Assembly: GCA_919901855.1 (NCBI GenBank)
Contig: CAKKQC010000008.1
Span: 20,345-84,344, forward strand
Reading direction: 5' to 3'
Source of the DNA: a bacterium
GTDB lineage: Bacteria > Oederibacteriota > CAKKQC01
DNA: 64,000 nt
The stretch's first letter is position 1. Every line of letters starts with the position of its first letter. The position numbers were made by a program, and so were the translations under genes. Under the pieces are notes generated by a model that worked only from the letters and a program-made list of their open reading frames with translations, did not search any database and was not told the DNA's origin. Shown in pieces: positions 56,915 to 64,000 of this stretch.

Positions 56915-57161
56915 GGGCGGGAAGTGGATCTGGGTCTCGGCGGAGCTCGGAGGCCGATCCGACATCGCGGCGCGGGCCGGTCGCGGCCGGACGACATGGG
57001 CCACCGCGCGAGCAGGGATCGCCCATCGGCGTTCGGACGCGACTGCCTTCGGAACGCGCCAGCGATGGAGGAAGCTCCACTAGAGCTAGGCCGACGGCAG
57101 CGAGGCGAGATCTCACATGACCGCCGAGCGGTCCGCAGAGACCCAGATCCACGTCCCGCCC
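56915..57161. repeat. ~250-bp intergenic element bounded by 30-bp imperfect inverted repeats (REPIN/MITE-like)
   Basis: gggcgggaagtggatctgggtctcggcgga (56915-56944) vs reverse complement of 57132-57161, gggcgggacgtggatctgggtctctgcgga (28/30). Confidence 0.75.
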
Positions 57162-57191
57162 GCAGTCACGCGAGGCGCTATAATCCCCCCC

Positions 57192-58268
57192 ATGGAACGC
57201 AACAGCCTAGCCTTCCTCGAACGGTTCATGGCCATCCCCAGCCCCAGCGGCGCCGAGGAGGCAGCCGCCCGCGAATGGGCCGCTTGGATGAAGCCCGCCG
57301 CGGACCGCATCGAGAAGGACACGCACGGCAACGTCATGGCCGTCCTCAACCCGAGGGGCACCCCGCGCGTCATGCTCGCCGGCCACATGGACGAGATCGG
57401 GTTCATGATCACGCAGATCGGCGACGACGGGTTCCTGCACTTCGCCCAGGTCGGCGGCCACGACCTCCAGATCATCCAGGGCATGCGGGTCGCGATCCGG
57501 ACCGCGAAGGGCACGGTCAAGGGCCTGCTCGGCAAGAAGGCGATCCACCTCATGAGCGGCGAGGAGGGGCGCAAGGTCCCCTCGACCGAGGACCTCTGGA
57601 TCGACATCGGCGTCAAGGACCGCAAGGAGGCCAAGGGTCTCGTCGAGATCGGCGACTGGGCCGTGATCGACATGGGCTACGAGCCGATGCGCAACGGGTT
57701 CGCGACGGCGCGCGGGTTCGACGACCGGATCGGCGCCTGGGTCGTCGGCGAGGCCCTCCGGATCCTGTCGAAGAAGCGTCCCGCCGCCTCCGTCTACGCC
57801 GTCGCCACGGTCCAGGAGGAGATCGGCCTCCGCGGCGCGCGGACGAGCGCGTTCGGCATCGACCCCCTGGTCGGGATCGCCGTGGACGTCACCCACGCGA
57901 CCGACAACCCCGGGGCGGGCGGCAAGGAGAAGGCCAAGCTCGGCACCCTCAAGCTCGGCGGCGGCCCCGTGCTCGCGCGGGGGCCGAACATCAACCCCAA
58001 GGTCTACTCCCGTCTCCAGGACGCGGCCAAGGCCGCCAAGATCGCGGTCCAGGTCGAGGCCGCCCCCGGCGGGACCGGCACCGACGCCAACGTCATGCAG
58101 ACCACCCGGGCCGGGATCGCGACGGGACTGGTCTCGATCCCCCTGCGCTACATGCACACGCCCTGCGAGATGCTGGCCCTTAGGGACGTCGAGGACGCGG
58201 CGAAGCTGATCGCGGAGTTCATCGCCCGGCTCGACCGGAAGGCCAACTTCATCCCTTCGGAGCCCTGA
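57192..58268 (+). CDS. M42 family metallo-aminopeptidase (TET/FrvX-like)
   Basis: AGHMDEIG, FDDRIG, VQEEIGLRGA, AVDVT, GTDA, RYMHT; TATAAT-N7-ATG at 57179-57194. Confidence 0.92.
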   Translation: MERNSLAFLERFMAIPSPSGAEEAAAREWAAWMKPAADRIEKDTHGNVMAVLNPRGTPRVMLAGHMDEIGFMITQIGDDGFLHFAQVGGHDLQIIQGMRVAIRTAKGTVKGLLGKKAIHLMSGEEGRKVPSTEDLWIDIGVKDRKEAKGLVEIGDWAVIDMGYEPMRNGFATARGFDDRIGAWVVGEALRILSKKRPAASVYAVATVQEEIGLRGARTSAFGIDPLVGIAVDVTHATDNPGAGGKEKAKLGTLKLGGGPVLARGPNINPKVYSRLQDAAKAAKIAVQVEAAPGGTGTDANVMQTTRAGIATGLVSIPLRYMHTPCEMLALRDVEDAAKLIAEFIARLDRKANFIPSEP

Positions 58269-58336
58269 CCGGATCAAGGGGAATTCCTTACGGCGGTCAT
58301 ATCCGTCCCCGTGATGGGGCGTGTTACCCTGCCTCC

Positions 58337-61300
58337 ATGTCCAACCAGTCCCGGACGCCCCGCCCCTTCGCCCGGCTGACCAACCCGCTGCCCCAGCTCG
58401 TCCCCCAGCGGTTCGTCCGCGTGAAGCAGATCGTGGACGGGCTCGCCTGGGAGCGATCGGAAGACCTCGAGGTCTTCGGGGGCCGGGCGACCGCGACGCA
58501 GGTTCCCTACGCGAAGGGCGTCCGCCAGCCCATGCGGCGCGTGAGACCGGGCGACACCTTCGGGAAGCCCTGGGGCAGTTGGGGGCAGCGGTGGATGCGC
58601 GTGCGCGTTCCGGCCCCGCGGCCGGGCGAGCGCGGCCGGCGCCACCTGCGGTGGGAGTGCCCGGGCGAGGCCACGGTCTGGATCGACGGAAAGCCCTGGG
58701 CCGGGCTCGACCCCGGCCACGGCACGTGTCCGCTTCCCGATCGGGCCGCGACCCTGATGATCGACTCGTCCCTGTGGCAGTCCATGGGTGGCGACTGGAG
58801 CATCGGGAGATTCGGCCTCCGGTTCGTGGGCGCGAGTCTCCGGGTCCGCAACGAGGCCGCGTGGGAGGCGAAGTGGGACCTGGCCGTGCTCGAGTCCTAT
58901 ATGAACTTCCTCATGGGCGACCTCGGCAGCGCGTACAGCTTCGGGTTCCGGAAGACCCTCGAGAGCGCGCCGCCCCGGTTCCGCCGGCTCCTGCGCCTGC
59001 TCGACCTCGCGTGCGACGCCTGGGATGCGGGCGGCCTTCCCGCGCTGGCCCCGGCTCTGAAACGCGTCTATCGCGAGTTCCCGGCCGAGTCGTACCAGCC
59101 CGGCGGCGCGCTCGTCGGCCACGCCCACCTCGACCAGGTCTGGCTCTGGCCCGAGTCCGCCTCCGAGCACAAGGCCGTCCACACGGCCGCCAACCAGCTC
59201 CGGCTCATGGAGCGGTATCCGGAATACGTCTTCTCCCAGAGCCAGGCCTCCCAGTACCGGATGGTCGAGCGGCTGGCGCCCTCGCAGGCGCGCGAGATCC
59301 GCGCCCGCATCCGGTCGGGGCAATGGGAAGCCACCGGCGTCTTCGAGGTCGAGTCGGACACGAACCTGCCCTGCGGCGAGTCGCTCGCCCGCCAGACCCG
59401 GGTCGGCCAGGGCAAGTTCGCGGAGCTTCTCGGCGGGAAACTCTCCCGCGTCTGCTGGATTCCGGACGTCTTCGGCTACTCGGGCTGCCTCCCCCAGATC
59501 CTGGCCCTCGGCGGCGCCCGGTACTTCTTCACGACCAAGATGACCTGGTCCCAGATCACGAAGTTCCCGTATTCGAGCTTCGTCTGGCGCGGCCTCGACG
59601 GCACCGAGATCGTGACGCACCTGTGCTCGACCACCTACAACGGCGACGTGTCGATCCAGAACAACGTGACCGCGCTGAATGAGCACAGGCAGTCGGACGT
59701 ACACCCCGAGATGCTGCTCCCGACCGGCTGGGGCGACGGCGGCGGCGGCGTGACCGAGGAGATGATCGAGCGGGCGCGCCGGACCGCGAACCTCGCGGGC
59801 GTGCCCAGGACGACCTGGACGACCGCCGAGGAGTTCTTCCGGCGCCTCGACCGCGTTCGGGGCGACCTCCCCGTCTACCAGGGCGAGCTCTACCTCGAGT
59901 ACCACCGTGGCACGTACACGACCCAGGGCGAGTACAAGCGGCGGCACCGGGCCCTCGAACGCGCGCTCCAGGCCCACGAGGCCGTCCGGGTCGCGCTGGG
60001 CCGCGGCCCCGTCGACGAGAAGGACTGGCAGAGGCTCCTGTTCGGCGAGTTCCACGACGCTCTGCCCGGCAGCTCGATCGGGATCGTCTACCGCCAGCTC
60101 GGGGGAGAACTGGAAGCCCGCGGGAAGACGGTCCTCGACCGGGCGACGGCGGAGTTGTCAGCCGGCCGCCGCGGGGCGGGCTGGAACGTATTCAACCCGG
60201 TCGCGATCCCGCGCCGCGCCGTCGTCGACATCCCCGGCCGTTGGGAACCCGTTCTCGTGGCGCTCGCCGGACTGGAGGGGAAATCCGTCGCCGACGCCGA
60301 GCGCGGCGGACCGGGCACGATCCGCGAGGCCACCGCGCAGGTCCTCGACAACGGCGCCCTCCGCGCCGAGTTTGGAGCACATGGCCACCTGGTGGGCATG
60401 TGGGTTGATGGAGAGCCGCTCGCGATCGAGGGGGCCGGGTTCTCGACCTATCACGACGACCCGCATGGCTGTGACGCCTGGGACATCGACCATGGGGTGC
60501 TAAGGCACCCCCGGTTCGAAGCGAACCGCGTGGACCTCAAGCTCGTGGAGCGCAACGCCTTCCGCGCGACTCTGGAGGGGAGCACCCCCCTGGGGAAGAA
60601 AAGCCGGATGACGGTCCGGTACATCCTCGATGCCGCCTGCCCGCACCTCAAGATCGAAGTCGCCGTCGACTGGCACGAGAGCCACAGACTCCTCAAGTAC
60701 AACGTCCAGACCGGCTACCGCGGCCGGCGGGCCGTCTTCGGGACCCCCTTCGGGTCGATCGACCGGCCGCAACAGCCCGGAACCGAGCGCGAGGAGGCGA
60801 TGTGGGAAGTGCCGGGCAGCCGCTGGGCGGCGGTCCTGCGGGACGACGGCACCGGGCTCGCGGTCGTGACGGAGGCCAAGTACGGGTTCTCGTGCCGCGA
60901 CGGCAACCTCGGACTATCGCTGCTCCGGTCCCCCAAGGGCCCGGACGGCACCGCGGACATGGGAGTCCACCGCATCCGGTTCGCCCTCGGAAGGTTCGAG
61001 CCGAGCACCGGGGAGGGCGTACTCTCGACCGCCGCGTGCGCCGAGGCGCTCTATGCGCCGGTCCTCGTTACGCGGGGGGCGGCCGTGAAGCCGCCGTTCG
61101 CGATCGAGGAGCCCGGATCCCTCGTCGCGAGCTGGGTGCTGCCGTGCGCGGAGTCGAAGGGGTTCGTCATCCGGCTTCACGAGACGGCCGGGAGCCCGGG
61201 CACGGCCGTCCTGCGGCTGGCCAGGCCGAGGCAGGTGGATCTCGTCGACTTCCTCGAGCGCCCGATCGGGCGCGTCCGGCACCGCCCGGACGGTTCGTTC

Positions 61301-61348
61301 GCCCTCGAGTACCGCCCCTACCAGATTCTGAGCGTCAGGGTCCGCTGA
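58337..61348 (+). CDS. Alpha-mannosidase, GH38
   Basis: HAHLDQVWLW, ESDTNLPCGESL.RQ, WIPDVFGYSG (nucleophile), GELYLEYHRGTYTTQ, FHDALPGSSI; TGn-TACCCT-N6-ATG upstream. Confidence 0.92.
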   Translation: MSNQSRTPRPFARLTNPLPQLVPQRFVRVKQIVDGLAWERSEDLEVFGGRATATQVPYAKGVRQPMRRVRPGDTFGKPWGSWGQRWMRVRVPAPRPGERGRRHLRWECPGEATVWIDGKPWAGLDPGHGTCPLPDRAATLMIDSSLWQSMGGDWSIGRFGLRFVGASLRVRNEAAWEAKWDLAVLESYMNFLMGDLGSAYSFGFRKTLESAPPRFRRLLRLLDLACDAWDAGGLPALAPALKRVYREFPAESYQPGGALVGHAHLDQVWLWPESASEHKAVHTAANQLRLMERYPEYVFSQSQASQYRMVERLAPSQAREIRARIRSGQWEATGVFEVESDTNLPCGESLARQTRVGQGKFAELLGGKLSRVCWIPDVFGYSGCLPQILALGGARYFFTTKMTWSQITKFPYSSFVWRGLDGTEIVTHLCSTTYNGDVSIQNNVTALNEHRQSDVHPEMLLPTGWGDGGGGVTEEMIERARRTANLAGVPRTTWTTAEEFFRRLDRVRGDLPVYQGELYLEYHRGTYTTQGEYKRRHRALERALQAHEAVRVALGRGPVDEKDWQRLLFGEFHDALPGSSIGIVYRQLGGELEARGKTVLDRATAELSAGRRGAGWNVFNPVAIPRRAVVDIPGRWEPVLVALAGLEGKSVADAERGGPGTIREATAQVLDNGALRAEFGAHGHLVGMWVDGEPLAIEGAGFSTYHDDPHGCDAWDIDHGVLRHPRFEANRVDLKLVERNAFRATLEGSTPLGKKSRMTVRYILDAACPHLKIEVAVDWHESHRLLKYNVQTGYRGRRAVFGTPFGSIDRPQQPGTEREEAMWEVPGSRWAAVLRDDGTGLAVVTEAKYGFSCRDGNLGLSLLRSPKGPDGTADMGVHRIRFALGRFEPSTGEGVLSTAACAEALYAPVLVTRGAAVKPPFAIEEPGSLVASWVLPCAESKGFVIRLHETAGSPGTAVLRLARPRQVDLVDFLERPIGRVRHRPDGSFALEYRPYQILSVRVR

Positions 61349-61352
61349 ATGA

Positions 61353-63998
61353 CTAGCGCGAAAGCGCCTGGATCGCGGCGGCCGCCTCGGCGCGGAGGGC
61401 GTCGAGGTCCAGCCAGTCGGGGCGGGGGCGCTCCCCAACCTTGAGCCGCGAGACAAACGAGGCCAGCACCTTGCGGGCCGCCGCCGCATTCGGCCCCTTC
61501 GCCCCCGACGCCAGCCGGTCGAGGGTGGCGAAGTACCGGAAGTCCGTCAGGCCCATCCGCACCCGCTCGAGGTCGAGCGTGGGCCGCAACCCCCTGGTCG
61601 TGACCATGATCACGCCGTCGTCCGGCTCCCGGCCGTCGAGGTCGAAGAACTGGTACCCGTGCGTGGCGAACATGTGCCACTGGAGGAAGCCCTTGACCCC
61701 CTTGGTCTTCTCGCTCCAGAGGTACGCCCCGAACGTGTACCGGTCCCGGCCCTGGTTATAGATGAGGACGTCCTTCTTCAGCCGCTTCCCCTCCGCCAGG
61801 ATGGCGGCGTCATGGTCGTTCAGCAGGGATACGTCGAGGACCCGGAACAGGGCGTGGGTAAGGACCGGGTCCTTCGGGTCATGGTCGACACTGTAGCTCC
61901 CGGCCAGCGTCAGCCACGGCGCCACCTTGCGAAGAAACGCGATGGAGGCCAGGATCCGCTCCGTCTGGTCCCGGACCCGGGGCTCGTCGGCCATGGCGAA
62001 CACGAACGGTAGCCAGTTCTTCTCCTTCGCGTGGGCCTTGATCGCGCCGAATACGCGCCTGCCCGCCTCCGCCGCGGTCAGTTTTGCCGGCTTGCCCCAT
62101 TCCGCGAAGACGGCCTCTATGCCCTCGTACCGGACATCCTCGAGGTTCGCGGGGCCGCCGTAGCTCAGGACCCGGCCCGTGTACCCGGCCGCCCTGATCG
62201 CATCCATGTAGTCGTCCACGGCGGCGAAGTCGATCCGGGGCAGACTCCCCGCGTCGAATCCAATGAACCGGATGTTCGGTCCGCCCGAGACCGTGGTCAT
62301 CCCATACTCGCGCATGTACCCCAGCCAGTCCTTCTGCATCCCATAGAACCCGACCGGGAACTCCACCGCATCGAGCTCGAAGGGAAGCACCTCGACCACG
62401 AGCGGGACCAGGTCCACCTGCCCTCCCGCTTCGCTCAGCCGGACAGCTCCCTCGTAGCGACCCGGCGCGGCATCCTTCGGCACCCGGACCGTAACCCAGA
62501 ACTGCCGGGTCGTGCGCTCTTTCACCAGATAGCCGTCGTCATCCCGTAGCCACCACGGCGTCAGCTTCCACCTGATCGTGTTGTACCCACGCTTGGCCAG
62601 GTGCAGGACCGACCGTACCGTGACGGCCGAGGCGGGGATCTCCCCCGCGGGACCACGCAACCCGTCGCACTGCACCGCCAGCCTGTCGATCCTGCGAAGC
62701 GGACGGATCGCGAACGTGAACGGCACATCTTCGCCTCTTGCCCCGTCCCGGGGAACCGGGTCCACCGGGGCACCCCGCTTCGGAATCGCATTCGCGTAGA
62801 CGGTCTCCTCCAGTCCGGGGGCGAACCGCACCCAGCCGCGGTAGCCGGCGGCCTCCGGCAGGTATCCGTACCCGGACAAGCCCGCTGGATCGGGAAGCCG
62901 GATCTCGGTCGCCCGGGCCTCGAACTCCCTCCGGTTCGCGGCCTCAATGCCGTTCACCCACGCCTGGGCCTCCCGGTCGACGGCCGGCCATATCTCGACC
63001 GCAGCCACCTTGACCGACCACGGCGCGTCGGCCTTGAAAGCCAGGTTGAGCTGGCCGTCGGCCACCTCGACCTCGAACTCCCTCGGCCTGAACAACTTGT
63101 CGAAGTACAGCGGCGCCACGCCGGGGGGACCCATGGCAACCGCCTCGGGCGCCCGGAACGGAAAGTCGCTCAATAGATGTGTCGTGAATCTCCCCGGCTC
63201 GACTTCGACATCCTCGAAGAGATGGAGCGCCTCCCAGTCGCCGCCGCGATCACCCCGGTCTTCGCGTACGGCTTCCTTGCCCTCGGCGGAGATGGTCCGG
63301 ACCGTATGGCGAGCGTACTCGCCGCCCCAATATCCGCAATCGGCGAAGACGACCCGGACCTGGTACCTCCCGTTCGGGAGGTCGACCCGGAAGTCGCCGT
63401 CTGCCAGCCAGACCCAGTCCTGGTAGAGGCGGGTCGGGAAGGTGTCGTCCCGCGCCCAGTTTGAATGTGGAAACGCGTGCGACAGCCCGAATCCGCGATC
63501 CTTCGTGTAGACCGTGTTCCACGTCACCGGCGTGAATCCCGGCCAGACGGTCTGGCTCTCGGGCCCGAAGTCGAACGCGCGCACGGACGGGGGGCGGCTT
63601 CCCTTCACGAGCCGGAACGCGTCGAGGTACACGGCGCCCGGCGGCCCCGCGAACCCGAGGTCGAGGCGCACGATCTCGCCGGGGTCGATGTTCCGCTTGA
63701 TGTCGTTGTTCCGACTCCCGGGCTCGCCGCGGAAGAGGCCCTCGACGGGGAGGGAGACGCGGCTGGCTCCTGGAGCCACGTTGACCTCGGAGTTGTGCCG
63801 GTTCCAGTAGGTCCCGCCGCCCTTCTCCTTCCACGCCCTGTCGCCGACCAGGACACTCACGACCACGACCCCGTTCGTCGCGTTGAACGCGTCGAACGCG
63901 AACTCCTCGTACCCGCGCCAATCGCCGGGAAGCCGGCCGGTGTACAGGTAGCTCGACGACGAGATCAGGAGCGAACGCGATCCTTCCGTGGCGTACAT
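61353..63998 (-). CDS. Putative multidomain glycoside hydrolase (CBM-like sandwiches plus TIM-barrel; DUF4091/GH123-like), probably 5' partial
   Basis: FDFGP....PGF..VT....Y...RGFG and DLPNG.Y.V sandwich; QFWVTVRVPKDAAPG.YEG; ADEPR; KGFLQW; LERVRMGLTD.RY. Confidence 0.55.
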   Translation of the reverse strand: MYATEGSRSLLISSSSYLYTGRLPGDWRGYEEFAFDAFNATNGVVVVSVLVGDRAWKEKGGGTYWNRHNSEVNVAPGASRVSLPVEGLFRGEPGSRNNDIKRNIDPGEIVRLDLGFAGPPGAVYLDAFRLVKGSRPPSVRAFDFGPESQTVWPGFTPVTWNTVYTKDRGFGLSHAFPHSNWARDDTFPTRLYQDWVWLADGDFRVDLPNGRYQVRVVFADCGYWGGEYARHTVRTISAEGKEAVREDRGDRGGDWEALHLFEDVEVEPGRFTTHLLSDFPFRAPEAVAMGPPGVAPLYFDKLFRPREFEVEVADGQLNLAFKADAPWSVKVAAVEIWPAVDREAQAWVNGIEAANRREFEARATEIRLPDPAGLSGYGYLPEAAGYRGWVRFAPGLEETVYANAIPKRGAPVDPVPRDGARGEDVPFTFAIRPLRRIDRLAVQCDGLRGPAGEIPASAVTVRSVLHLAKRGYNTIRWKLTPWWLRDDDGYLVKERTTRQFWVTVRVPKDAAPGRYEGAVRLSEAGGQVDLVPLVVEVLPFELDAVEFPVGFYGMQKDWLGYMREYGMTTVSGGPNIRFIGFDAGSLPRIDFAAVDDYMDAIRAAGYTGRVLSYGGPANLEDVRYEGIEAVFAEWGKPAKLTAAEAGRRVFGAIKAHAKEKNWLPFVFAMADEPRVRDQTERILASIAFLRKVAPWLTLAGSYSVDHDPKDPVLTHALFRVLDVSLLNDHDAAILAEGKRLKKDVLIYNQGRDRYTFGAYLWSEKTKGVKGFLQWHMFATHGYQFFDLDGREPDDGVIMVTTRGLRPTLDLERVRMGLTDFRYFATLDRLASGAKGPNAAAARKVLASFVSRLKVGERPRPDWLDLDALRAEAAAAIQALSR

Positions 63999-64000
63999 GG

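Overview
GC-rich (roughly 70%), gene-dense chromosomal window from a diderm bacterium, probably an uncultured lineage. It encodes an LPS heptosyltransferase and outer-membrane barrels. Most long alternative ORFs in the track are GC shadow frames. Contents: (i) housekeeping and sugar-catabolism genes (apgM, waaF-like, bcp, FKBP, acs, pdxH, M42 peptidase, GH4, GH38, two uncharacterised glycoside hydrolases, two Gfo/Idh/MocA oxidoreductases, MFS, DedA, a heterodimeric ABC exporter); (ii) three secreted proteins, one a ~5000-aa subtilase/beta-propeller/Ig-repeat giant, that share a FlgD-Ig/T9SS-CTD-like C-terminal domain, plus a PorV/PorQ-like barrel coupled to one of them; (iii) an archaeal-type PolB2-like polymerase (HGIVDS motif C, degenerate exonuclease) whose leaderless sigma70 promoter has a GAAC-N4-GTTC LexA-type box in the 17-bp spacer, suggesting a damage-inducible B-family polymerase; (iv) a toxin-antitoxin islet with direct and inverted repeats; (v) two paralogous pseudo-histidine kinases with complementary motif losses; (vi) frequent leaderless, sometimes back-to-back promoters. 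No rRNA, tRNA, CRISPR array or transposase was recognised. All calls come from manual motif reading; no database searches were run.
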